From: Rhodothermales bacterium
Lineage (GTDB): Bacteria; Bacteroidota; Rhodothermia; Rhodothermales; VXPQ01
Assembly: GCA_040904565.1 (NCBI GenBank)
Contig: JBBDTI010000084.1
Coordinates: 1 to 64,000 of the forward strand
Reading direction: 5' to 3'
Length of the DNA stretch: 64,000 bases
Positions 54,772-64,000 of the stretch are shown piece after piece. Numbering within the stretch: the stretch's first letter is position 1; every line of letters begins with the position of its first letter. The translations under genes were made by a program, and so were the position numbers. A model generated the notes under the pieces. It was given only the letters and a program-made list of their open reading frames with translations. It was not told the DNA's origin and searched no databases.

Positions 54772-57700
54772 TCACGGACCCGACTCGTTCGCGCGCAGCG
54801 TGGTCAAATACTCGACGAGATTGACGAGTTCGTTCTCCGTCATCGTTCGATGCAGGCCTTCAGGCATCAGCGATGCGTCGAGGCGGGAGATGGATGCGAT
54901 GTCGCTCCGCGCGTAGCGCTGCGTCACGCCGCTCCGGACGCGAACGTCAACGGCTTCGTCCGTCCGGCTCTGGATAAATCCAACCACCTCGCCGCCGTCG
55001 TGGAGGCGGACCAGGTACGGCTCGTAGCCGAAGTTTATCCCGGCATTCGGGTCGAGGATGGACAGGTAGAGGCCTTCTTTGGGCAGCTTGGATCCGACCT
55101 CCGTGAGCTCGGGACCGAACGGTACGCCCGAGCCGCTGACGAGATGGCACGAGCTGCACGCGCGTTCGAAGACCGTCCGCCCGGCGTCCGGGTCGCCGGT
55201 CCGTGCCGCCAGCTCCTGAATCGGCTGAAGTTCTTCACTGAGCGCGGACGTGGACACGTCGAGGTGCCGCGCGACGCCGTCACGAATGAACGCTCTGGAC
55301 GCGGCGAGCAGCACGTCGGCGGCGGCCGCATGCAGTTCCGACGGCAAGTGGCCCGCCTCGATCATTTCGAGCAGCCGCCGCTCGCCTCCCCAGCCCGTGC
55401 CCAGCCCGCGAACCGCCTCTCGCCGCACGCTCACGTCCATGGACGGGTCCAGCACGAAACGCTCCAGAAGATCTTTAGCGGCCGTATCCTCGAACCGGCC
55501 GAGTCCACGCACGAGACGGGTGGATGCTTCTACGTCGCCGCTCGAAAGCACGTCGGCGATCGCCGGACCGCCATCCAGCCGCACGAGCTGCCGCACGGCT
55601 TCCAGCGCGAGCTCGCCCGTGGGCTCCTCGACGACGATGTCGATGAGCTCGTCTCCGCGGTCCCGCATATCGAAGCGGGAGACGAGGTCCACGAACAATT
55701 GGGTCCCGCGAAGGGCGGCGAGTGTCTCCTCCAGGACGGACAGCACGGAGGGATCGTCGATGACCGACGCATTCGTGACGTGTTTCAGCGCCAGCGCGCG
55801 GACCTGCGGCCGATCCGGAGGTGTCTCACGCAGGAGGTCCAGCAAGACGCGGTCCCGGGAAGGGTCGTCGTGAAAGTCGAAGGCTCTGAAGTAACGGAGC
55901 CGTTCCGCGTCCGTCGTGGCATCGTCCAGAATGAGCACGGCCAGGAGCGGCATGGCGGCGGTCGCCCGAGCGCGCCAGACGACGTCGCGTCCGCCGGGGG
56001 TGTCCCATCCCTCACCGACGCGGTCCTGCCATGTGGCGAAAACGGCGTTCCACCTCGTGTCCGATGCATCGCCGGTCTGATCGCCAGCTTCACCGCCAGC
56101 TTCACGGCCAGTTTCATCGCCGGCTTCACCGTTTGCTTGCCGACCTGCCTGACGGCCCGCGGTTTCATTCGCACGTGACGGCCCTTCCGCTCCGATGCCG
56201 AGCGCCTCGAGGTACCATCGGTCGGCCCCGTCGTGCTGGAGGGCCAGCTCGGCCCAGAGTTCGGGCATTTCGTCTGCATCCAGATAACGAAGCGCGATGG
56301 CGACCTCTCGTCGGACCTGCGGCGATGGATCGTTGACGACGCGCCGCAGGAAGGGAACCAGATTCGCATCCAGCTGCCGGACGGCGCGCACGGCCGTAGC
56401 GCGGATGTCCGGATCGTCGTCCGCCAGCGCCTCCATCACGTAGTGCTCGCCCCGCCCGTCGATCTTCGACAGCAGCCAGAGCGCGCGTGCGCGGTACCGG
56501 GCACGGTCGGACTCCCATAGGGCGATCAGGGCGGGCTCCGCCTCCCGCTGCAGCGCGTGCAGCCGGTTCCAGGCGAGATAGCGGACGGCCTGATTCGGAC
56601 TCTTGAGCGCCTCGGCGGCTCCTTCGGCGGACGAGACGTCTACGTCCGGCACCCGGTAGGGCACGCCGGGTGGGGCGACGCGAAAGACGCGGCCGCGGCC
56701 CTCTGCGTCGGCCTTCTCGTGGCCGCCTACCACGGGATCATACCAGTCCGCGATGAACAGCGACCCGTCCGGCGCCGTCGTGACGTCGGCCGGTCTGAAG
56801 CGCTGATCGCGCGTGCCCCGCACGACGTCCAGCATCGTGGCCCGGTACCCGGCACCGTCCGTCGTCACCGGGTACCCGCGCACCACGTTTGGACCGGCAT
56901 CGGCGTGGATGATCTGACCCTGAAACCGTGCGGGAAGCAGATCGCCCTCATAGACGAGGATACCCGTAGGCGACCCCGCGCCCGTGTGCAGGAGGTTGGG
57001 TACGACGCCCGGGTCGTTCAGGTGCCAGTGACGGTCCGGAATGAGCTCCTCACGGTTGGTCCGCGCCGCGCGCCAGCCGGCTCCCGTAATCTCATCCACG
57101 TACCCGAAGTTGCCGTACTCCATGACATAATTGATGCGTACGGAGCGGTTGCCGTCGTCGTCGTTGTCGGACTGCCACATCGTGCCGAACGCGTCGACGG
57201 CTACCTCATAGTTGTTTCGGAAGTTGTGCCCGAGGACCTCGAACGCGCTCCCGTCCGGGTTGCTGCGGAAGACCATCCCCTCGCGAAACTCGTCGCCTTC
57301 CACGACGTCGGAACCGGATCGATCGACGATGACGTTCCCGTCGCGATCCAGGATCTGCCTGCCGGCGTTCCCGAAATTGAAATAGAACTTGCCGTCGGGA
57401 CCGAACACGACGGCGTGCATGCCATGATCGTGATCCTCGCCGTCGATGCCCGTAAAGAGGACCTCTTTCGCATCCGCGCGGCCATCGCCGTCCTCATCCG
57501 TAAAGACGAACACGTTCGGGCTGGCGGAGACGACGACGCGGTCGCCCAGTACGGCGATACCGAGAGCCGCGTTGATGTCCGTGCCCTGATAGAACACGGT
57601 CTGCTCGTCGGCGACGCCGTCGCCGGACGTATCTTCTAGAATGAGAATGTGGTCCCCTTCCGGTCGCTCCGGATTGTTGGGATTGCGGGGGATCCGGTAA

Positions 57701-57963
57701 TTGACGACCTCGAGCACCCAGACGCGCCCGAGATGATCGACGTCCATATTGGACGGACTCACGAGCAGCGGTTCGGCCGCAAAGAGGCTGACTTCGAGCC
57801 CTTCGGCCGCGGTGAGTCCGGTTGCGGCCCATTCGGGGAGCCTGCGTTCTTCCGGTGTTAAGCGCGCATAGGAAGCCTCCGCGCCGTCCTGCGCGATGCA
57901 CGGCGAAAGGAGGAGCAGGCAGACGACGGCGAGATGAGTTGCGGTGCGAAAGAGCGTATGCAT
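54772..57963 (-). CDS. PVC-type heme-binding protein (dehydrogenase-like propeller + HEAT repeats + cytochrome c)
   Basis: LFAAEP, HNFRN, GAGSPTG, DGSLFIADWYD, HEAT repeats, CSSCH...GPELT...SLMPEGL. Confidence 0.9.
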   Translation of the reverse strand: MHTLFRTATHLAVVCLLLLSPCIAQDGAEASYARLTPEERRLPEWAATGLTAAEGLEVSLFAAEPLLVSPSNMDVDHLGRVWVLEVVNYRIPRNPNNPERPEGDHILILEDTSGDGVADEQTVFYQGTDINAALGIAVLGDRVVVSASPNVFVFTDEDGDGRADAKEVLFTGIDGEDHDHGMHAVVFGPDGKFYFNFGNAGRQILDRDGNVIVDRSGSDVVEGDEFREGMVFRSNPDGSAFEVLGHNFRNNYEVAVDAFGTMWQSDNDDDGNRSVRINYVMEYGNFGYVDEITGAGWRAARTNREELIPDRHWHLNDPGVVPNLLHTGAGSPTGILVYEGDLLPARFQGQIIHADAGPNVVRGYPVTTDGAGYRATMLDVVRGTRDQRFRPADVTTAPDGSLFIADWYDPVVGGHEKADAEGRGRVFRVAPPGVPYRVPDVDVSSAEGAAEALKSPNQAVRYLAWNRLHALQREAEPALIALWESDRARYRARALWLLSKIDGRGEHYVMEALADDDPDIRATAVRAVRQLDANLVPFLRRVVNDPSPQVRREVAIALRYLDADEMPELWAELALQHDGADRWYLEALGIGAEGPSRANETAGRQAGRQANGEAGDETGREAGGEAGDQTGDASDTRWNAVFATWQDRVGEGWDTPGGRDVVWRARATAAMPLLAVLILDDATTDAERLRYFRAFDFHDDPSRDRVLLDLLRETPPDRPQVRALALKHVTNASVIDDPSVLSVLEETLAALRGTQLFVDLVSRFDMRDRGDELIDIVVEEPTGELALEAVRQLVRLDGGPAIADVLSSGDVEASTRLVRGLGRFEDTAAKDLLERFVLDPSMDVSVRREAVRGLGTGWGGERRLLEMIEAGHLPSELHAAAADVLLAASRAFIRDGVARHLDVSTSALSEELQPIQELAARTGDPDAGRTVFERACSSCHLVSGSGVPFGPELTEVGSKLPKEGLYLSILDPNAGINFGYEPYLVRLHDGGEVVGFIQSRTDEAVDVRVRSGVTQRYARSDIASISRLDASLMPEGLHRTMTENELVNLVEYLTTLRANESGP
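56070..56129 (-). repeat. Degenerate 12-bp tandem repeat, at least 5 units
   Basis: CGCCAGCTTCAC-like units encoding GEAG/DETG/REAG/GEAG/DQTG. Confidence 0.75.
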
Positions 57964-58061
57964 GAGAACAGGATGTCTGCAACAGGTGTGGGGCGACCTG
58001 ACAGCACGCCACTCACGACGATTCTGCTCGTCCGGCGCTCGTTCAGTTTGGCGGAGGCGGG

Positions 58062-59258
58062 CTACATCTCCGTCCGATTCCAGTAGATGATGAGATTGTG
58101 CGTATCGCGGCCCGCCGCGACGACGTCCAACCGGCCGTCTCCGTCGAGGTCGGCCACCTTGAGATCTTCAACGGCCATCGTGTTCTCGTCGAGGACGTGC
58201 TCGGCCCAGTTCGTGCCGGACGCGTTCACGGGAACGAACAGCCGGATGCCTACCCGGTCGGCCTCGTTCGGGTCTCGCCAGCCGGCCACGATCTGATCTC
58301 TTCCAAGGCCGAGCAGATCGGCCGCGGCCAGTCCGTGCCCCTGGTTGAAGTCGTCGGCCAGGACGTGACGCTGCATCTCCTCGCCCGGCAGGTACACGTT
58401 GACGGTGTTGCCGTGCATCGGCTCGATGGTCGTGATGAGATCGGCGTCGCCGAAACGCCCGTACCGAATCTCGCCGATGCCTTCATCTACTCCGACGCCC
58501 TCGATCCGCTCGGCTGAACTCTCCATCCACATTCCACCGATCGGCTCAACCGTGACGGCTCCCTGCCGTCCGCCGACGTACAGGCGATCCCTGTCGCCGA
58601 GCGAGCGCACGTCGAAGTTGTGCGTCATATTGAGGCTCTCGTCCAGAAGAATCGTTTCCCAATCGCCGCGAGGATCGTCGGGCATGAGGTAGGCGAGCAC
58701 CCGCACGCCGGCGCCCTCCCCGCCCTGATTCCCTCGTCCGTGCAGCGGAAGAACGACCAGCGCATAGTCGCCCGCGCTCGTCTGCGCCCAGTGCATGCGG
58801 TGCACGGTCGGTTCGTTCGGCAGCGTTACGACCTCCCACTGCTGGGTAGGATCGGAGGGGCGGATGAGGTAGTGGACGGAACCGGAAGCATTGGGGTCGC
58901 TCGTCTCACCCGGATTCCATTGCGCACCCACCGCGACTTCAACCCGGCCATCCCCATTGATGTCGCGCGCCGTGATGCACACGTTGTCCCGCTCGGTAAG
59001 ATTTTCGGCGATAACGAATCGCTGCCAGTCTCCATTCCTGTACCAGACGATTTCCGTCTTATCGGCCAGCAGTACGTCAGGATCGCCGTCGCCGTCCACG
59101 TCGCCGATGGCCAGACCGTAGCCGATGGCTACGTCGTCGTCGACGGTCTGCGCCTCGAACACCGGATCGGGAGGCTGCTGTGCCGGCGCCGAACCGCATC
59201 CGAACGCGGAGGTGAACAGGACAATCAGAACGATCGATGGAAGAGGGCGGTAGCGCAT
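58062..59258 (-). CDS. FG-GAP/VCBS propeller lipoprotein, aldos-2-ulose dehydratase-like
   Basis: AFGC lipobox; DVDGDG repeats; HRMHW, THN, EPMHGN and GHGL His motifs. Confidence 0.75.
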   Translation of the reverse strand: MRYRPLPSIVLIVLFTSAFGCGSAPAQQPPDPVFEAQTVDDDVAIGYGLAIGDVDGDGDPDVLLADKTEIVWYRNGDWQRFVIAENLTERDNVCITARDINGDGRVEVAVGAQWNPGETSDPNASGSVHYLIRPSDPTQQWEVVTLPNEPTVHRMHWAQTSAGDYALVVLPLHGRGNQGGEGAGVRVLAYLMPDDPRGDWETILLDESLNMTHNFDVRSLGDRDRLYVGGRQGAVTVEPIGGMWMESSAERIEGVGVDEGIGEIRYGRFGDADLITTIEPMHGNTVNVYLPGEEMQRHVLADDFNQGHGLAAADLLGLGRDQIVAGWRDPNEADRVGIRLFVPVNASGTNWAEHVLDENTMAVEDLKVADLDGDGRLDVVAAGRDTHNLIIYWNRTEM

Positions 59259-59561
59259 GTATTCCTACTCTAAGTTGATGGCGGCCCCTTCCTCACGTCG
59301 AGGTGAAATGCGCACTACGGGGCGCTTGATACGGTAATCGTTTTTCGAGCGATACGCAAGCTGCGTGCGGGTGAGAGGGTGACGAGATGGAATGATTGCC
59401 GCACGGCATGGATCGGATTCCATGAGTTCTTGGCCGTGCACAGCTCCGTGGGAAGGGGACGTGTCCTTATATTAGGGGCGAGATACTTGGCGGGGAACTA
59501 TTGATCGGCCAGACCTCTTCTCAAAGTATCGCACTTTTCGACGCAGACGCGGGCGGCAAAC

Positions 59562-60689
59562 ATGTCCACCACGAAGATTCGATTCAACAACAAGGACGTA
59601 GCTGACTTCGTGCCGGAGGTTCGTCGACGGGTGGCGGAATACTTCGAGTCGACGGGACGCTCGCAGAAGGCGGACGGACGGATGGTATTCAAGACGATCG
59701 TGCTTCTCGGTAGCGTGCTCGCCTGCTACCTGTTGATCCTGAGCGGCTGGTTCACGCCGTGGCAGATGCTCGCCCTGGCGGTTTTGATGGGCGTCGGCAT
59801 GGCCGGTGTCGGTTTTTCCGTCTCGCACGATGCGCTGCACGGCGCCTATTCATCGAACAGGCGCGTCAACGAGCTGCTGGGCTACAGCTTCGACGCGCTC
59901 GGCGCCAACGGATGTATGTGGAAGATCACGCACAACGTGATCCATCATACCTACACCAACATACACGGCGTCGACGAAGACCTGTCCGTTTCCCCCTTGC
60001 TCCGCCTCTCTCCGGAGGCTCCCCACCTGTGGTTCCACCGGTTTCAGCACGTGTACGGATTTTTCGCGTACAGCCTCGCGACGCTGAACTGGTTGTTCGT
60101 TAAGGACTACCAGCAGTTCTTGAAGAAGGATATCGGTCCGTATACGGACAAAACCCATCCGCGCAAGGAGTGGGTCATTCTCATCGTCGGCAAGCTCTTT
60201 GCCTATCTGACGATGATCGTGCTTCCTCTGCTCGTGCTGGATATCACGTGGTGGCAGTTCCTGATTGGATTTCTTGCCGTGCATTTGACGGCAGGCGCGA
60301 TTCTCGGGATTATCTTTCAGCTCGCCCACGTGGTGGAGGGGCCCGAGTATCCGCTGCCGGACGAGCAGGGCGTGATGGAGCACGAGTGGCTGATCCACGA
60401 GATGCATACGACGGCCAACTTTGCGGCGGACAACCACCTGCTGTCCTGGTACGTGGGTGGACTCAACTATCAGATCGAGCATCATCTTTTTCCCCAGATC
60501 TGCTCGATCCACTATCCGGCCATCAGCTCAATCGTCCGCGAGACGGCCCGCGAGCACGGCGTCCCGTATCACTACAACCCGACGCTTCGGGCGGCGATGC
60601 GGTCACATCACCGTATGCTCAGGCGGTTCGGGCCGGAGGCTGCTGACCGGGTGCGGCACGAACGGGACGTGGAACGTTCGGCGGCCTGA
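59562..60689 (+). CDS. Membrane fatty acid (acyl-CoA) desaturase
   Basis: His boxes HDALH, HNVIHH, QIEHH. Confidence 0.93.
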   Translation: MSTTKIRFNNKDVADFVPEVRRRVAEYFESTGRSQKADGRMVFKTIVLLGSVLACYLLILSGWFTPWQMLALAVLMGVGMAGVGFSVSHDALHGAYSSNRRVNELLGYSFDALGANGCMWKITHNVIHHTYTNIHGVDEDLSVSPLLRLSPEAPHLWFHRFQHVYGFFAYSLATLNWLFVKDYQQFLKKDIGPYTDKTHPRKEWVILIVGKLFAYLTMIVLPLLVLDITWWQFLIGFLAVHLTAGAILGIIFQLAHVVEGPEYPLPDEQGVMEHEWLIHEMHTTANFAADNHLLSWYVGGLNYQIEHHLFPQICSIHYPAISSIVRETAREHGVPYHYNPTLRAAMRSHHRMLRRFGPEAADRVRHERDVERSAA

Positions 60690-60764
60690 TCGGGCGGTAC
60701 CGGGCATCGGAGCGACGGACGGTGTCGTCGCGCGACGAAAGTGATTAGCATGACGGGGAAGTCG

Positions 60765-63494
60765 ATGACGGATAATACGGCGACGGAGTTGGAGGAAGTG
60801 GAGACGCCCGGTGCCGGCCCACCAGGGCCCTGGCACACGCTGTCTACTGACGTTATCGAGCGGCATCTCGAGGTAGGGGACCAGGGTCTTTCGGATGAAG
60901 AGATCGCTCGTCGGCGTGCGAAGTACGGACCGAATGAGATCGAGCAGGAGCGCGAAAAATCCAGGTGGAGCATTCTCCTTCACCAGTTCAACGACCCGCT
61001 GATCTATATCCTCATCGCGGCGGCGTTCGTGACGTTCGCGCTTCAGGACTTCACGGACACGGGCGTCATTATGGCCGTGGTCGTGCTCAATGCGGCGATA
61101 GGCTACGTGCAGGAGGTCCGTGCACAGCAGGCCATGCGCGCGCTGTCGAAGCTCAGCGCGCCGAAGGCCGAGGTTTTTCGGGACGGTCGAAGCCGGACGG
61201 TGCCCAGCAGGGACCTCGTCCCGGGAGACGTGGTGCTGCTGACGTCCGGCGTACGTATTCCGGCCGACCTGCGCCTGGTTCGAACGGTGGACCTGGAGCT
61301 GGACGAATCCGCGCTGACGGGCGAGTCCGTGCCCGTCCGCAAGTCGATCGAACCCCTCGAAGATGCCCAGCTCGTTGCAGGAGACCAGGTCAACATGGCT
61401 TTCGCCGGAACGGTCGTCACCCGCGGACGCGGCCGGGCCGTCGTCGTGCGTACCGGCGCATCCACCGAGCTGGGGCAGATCGCCGAATCGATGCGCGACA
61501 TCGGGGAGACGAAGTCGCCCCTCCAGGTCACGATGGATCGATTCGGCAAGCGGATCGGAGCCGCGATCGTCGGGCTTTCGGTACTGGTAGCCGTCGTCGG
61601 CGTGCTCCGGGCGATGCCTCCGGAAGAAATCTTTCTCGCGGCCGTCGCGATGGCGGTGTCCGCCATCCCCGAGGGACTCCCGGTCGTGCTGACGCTGACC
61701 TTCGCGATCGGGGTTCGCCGCATGGCGCAGCGCCAGGCCATCATCCGGTCGCTTCCCGCCGTGGAGACGCTCGGAAGTGCAACGTTGATCGGATCCGACA
61801 AGACGGGCACGCTGACCAAGAACGAGATGACGGTCAAGGGCGTGTGGGCGGCCGGCCGTTTCTACGAGCTAACGGGCGCGGGCTATTCGCCGGACGGCGC
61901 GGTTCGCCTGGCGGACAGAAGCGTGAATGCGTCGGAGATCGAGCCGCTGAAGCAGACGCTCCTTGCCGGCGCACTGGCGAACGAGGCGGACACGGACTTC
62001 CTTGCCGGGGGCGATCCGTCCGGCGATCCGACGGAGCTTGCGCTGCACGTGGCCGCCGCGAAGGGCGGCATCCATCCCCATGACGTGCGGGACGCCTACG
62101 AACAGGTAGACCTGATTCCGTTCGAGCCCGAACTCCGCTTCATGGCGTCGCTCAATGAGACGCCGGACGGCCGTCGCTTGTACGTCAAGGGAGCTCCGGA
62201 AGTGCTTATCGACCGGTGCGAACGGCAGCTCGGGCCCGAAGGCCTGCAGGATCTTCAGGCGGATGAAATCCGGGAAGCCGCCGACGAGCTGGCGCGGCAG
62301 GGCTACCGCGTCCTGGCGATGGCCTACCGTTCGTTCGACGGCGACAAGGCCGATGTATCCGCGGCCGGGTCCGATCTCGTCTTTGCCGGCTTGCAGGGCA
62401 TGGAAGACCCCGTTCGTGAGGAGGCGGTACAGGCGGTTCGGGATGCCCATCAGGCCGGCATCCGCGTCGTCATGCTGACGGGAGATCATAAGGAGACGGC
62501 GCTGGCCATCGGACGCCGGCTCGATCTCGACCCGGAGGAGCACGGTGTCGTGGAAGGCAAGGATCTCGACGGCCTGTCGGACGACGAGCTCGACCCCATC
62601 CTGGACAGTGTCAACGTATATGCACGCGTCGCACCCGAGCACAAGCTGCGCATCGTCCAGCGCCTCTCCGATCGGGGTGAGGTCGTGGCCGTGACGGGTG
62701 ACGGCGTCAACGACGCACCGGCGCTCCGTGCGGCCCACCTGGGCATAGCGATGGGCAAAGGGGGTACGGACGTCGCCCGCGAAGCCTCCGATATCGTCTT
62801 GACGGACGACAATTTCGCCACGATCACCGCGGCCGTCGAGGAGGGCCGGGTCGTCTTCTCGAATATTCGGAAGGTGACGTTCTTTCTCCTATCCACGGCG
62901 GTCGGTGAAGTGATAGCGATCACGCTCGCCATTCTCGCCGGATGGCCGCTGCCGTTCGTCGCGGCGCAGATTCTGTGGATAAATCTCGTCACGAACGGAC
63001 TCCAGGATGTCGCCCTGGCGTTCGAAAAGGGCGAACCCGGACTGCTCCGACGCCCGCCGCGGTCCCGTAAGGAAGGGATCGTCACGCGCCGGCTGCTGGA
63101 ACGACTCGGCTCGGTGGGTCTCGTACTCGCGGCCGGGACGCTGGGCATGTTCTGGTGGACGCTGGAAACGACGGGCGACCTGGATTTGGCCCGAACGGTC
63201 GCCATGACGCAGATGGTCATGTTTCAGTTCTTCCACGTGTTCAACTGCCGGTCGCTCGATCGGTCGGTGTTCGCCATCTCACCGTTTTCGAACCGGTTCC
63301 TGTTCGTCAGCATCTCCGCGGCATTGGCCGCGCACCTCGCCGTGATCTACGTACCGTGGCTTCAAACCATCTTCCGGACCGTTCCCCTGACGCCGGGCGA
63401 CTGGCTCGTGATTACACTCGTGGCAACAAGCGTAATCATTGGGGGAGAACTCGACAAGTGGTGGAACCGCCGAAGACATCGCCCGCTCGGGTGA
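60765..63494 (+). CDS. P2-type cation-transporting ATPase (PacL/CtpF-like)
   Basis: TGES, PEGLP, DKTGT, KGAPE, TGD, GDGVND, QILWINLVT; start could be 60750. Confidence 0.95.
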   Translation: MTDNTATELEEVETPGAGPPGPWHTLSTDVIERHLEVGDQGLSDEEIARRRAKYGPNEIEQEREKSRWSILLHQFNDPLIYILIAAAFVTFALQDFTDTGVIMAVVVLNAAIGYVQEVRAQQAMRALSKLSAPKAEVFRDGRSRTVPSRDLVPGDVVLLTSGVRIPADLRLVRTVDLELDESALTGESVPVRKSIEPLEDAQLVAGDQVNMAFAGTVVTRGRGRAVVVRTGASTELGQIAESMRDIGETKSPLQVTMDRFGKRIGAAIVGLSVLVAVVGVLRAMPPEEIFLAAVAMAVSAIPEGLPVVLTLTFAIGVRRMAQRQAIIRSLPAVETLGSATLIGSDKTGTLTKNEMTVKGVWAAGRFYELTGAGYSPDGAVRLADRSVNASEIEPLKQTLLAGALANEADTDFLAGGDPSGDPTELALHVAAAKGGIHPHDVRDAYEQVDLIPFEPELRFMASLNETPDGRRLYVKGAPEVLIDRCERQLGPEGLQDLQADEIREAADELARQGYRVLAMAYRSFDGDKADVSAAGSDLVFAGLQGMEDPVREEAVQAVRDAHQAGIRVVMLTGDHKETALAIGRRLDLDPEEHGVVEGKDLDGLSDDELDPILDSVNVYARVAPEHKLRIVQRLSDRGEVVAVTGDGVNDAPALRAAHLGIAMGKGGTDVAREASDIVLTDDNFATITAAVEEGRVVFSNIRKVTFFLLSTAVGEVIAITLAILAGWPLPFVAAQILWINLVTNGLQDVALAFEKGEPGLLRRPPRSRKEGIVTRRLLERLGSVGLVLAAGTLGMFWWTLETTGDLDLARTVAMTQMVMFQFFHVFNCRSLDRSVFAISPFSNRFLFVSISAALAAHLAVIYVPWLQTIFRTVPLTPGDWLVITLVATSVIIGGELDKWWNRRRHRPLG

Positions 63495-63537
63495 GTCGGA
63501 TCGTTCGCGGCGGTCGAATAAAAGCGCCGCGCAAGGT

Positions 63538-64000
63538 TCACTCATCGAAGAGATGGGGGTTGCGGTCGATGAACTTGCGGATCCACGCCTCGAAAAACGA
63601 CTGCTTCTCGGCCTTCATGTACATCCAGCCCAGGAAGCCTACGATAGCCGCGCCGACCGTATCGAGGATGAGATCCCACATCGTATCGGTCAGACCGGAC
63701 GGATCGCCGAGCATGGGTTTCTGCATCTGCGTCCCCAGCATCTGGTCTACCCCGAATTCAAAGATCTCCCAGACCACGCCCACGGCCATGGCGAACAATA
63801 CGGCGAAGAGCGCGACGAACCGAGGGCGCATGTGCAGTTCGACGCGCTCGCTTTCGTTGAGCAGGTAGACGAGCAGGAATCCCAGCACCCCCAGCAGGAG
63901 TCCCGAGCTCGCATGGAGGGCGAGATCCCACCACCAGTAGATCTCGTAGTAGCTGCGAATCTCGCCCAGGAACAGCGCCGCGAATACGAACGCGATGGCC
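63538..64000 (-). CDS. Integral membrane protein (DUF2238-like), truncated at window edge
   Basis: Frame open to the window end: WWWDLALHASSG...WEIFEF...DTMWDLI. Confidence 0.75.
   Translation of the reverse strand, partial: AIAFVFAALFLGEIRSYYEIYWWWDLALHASSGLLLGVLGFLLVYLLNESERVELHMRPRFVALFAVLFAMAVGVVWEIFEFGVDQMLGTQMQKPMLGDPSGLTDTMWDLILDTVGAAIVGFLGWMYMKAEKQSFFEAWIRKFIDRNPHLFDE

Overview
A GC-rich, gene-dense bacterial window with about 53 CDS. The mix of Bacteroidota-type families (CarboxypepD_reg, GWxTD, SatD/DUF3307) and PVC-type cytochrome proteins in a high-GC genome suggests a Rhodothermia-like organism (inference). No rRNA, tRNA, CRISPR array or mobile element was recognised. In order it holds: a sugar-phosphate operon; an antiporter fused to a PTS EIIA-like domain; a long DUF1080/MFS/DUF1553/DUF1501/NHL/LVIVD operon; a satD-DUF3307 pair; a GWxTD locus; a Czc/Cus-type RND efflux system with a two-component system; a sulfite/nitrite reductase operon; an ECF sigma/anti-sigma copper-redox cluster; GH15; DUF3179; a PVC heme dehydrogenase with an AUDH-like propeller; a desaturase; and a P-type ATPase. 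The strongest unannotated signal is an apparently complete cysteine-sensing ribosomal transcription attenuator upstream of the sulfite reductase, made of a poly-Cys leader peptide (44280-44405, minus), an antiterminator and an intrinsic terminator. Two regulatory motifs can also be read directly: paired ACAG-N10-CTGT operators at the satD and DUF3307 starts, and a GTAAG-N17-CGTC ECF-type promoter repeated in the copper cluster. All family calls come from motif recognition, not database searches.
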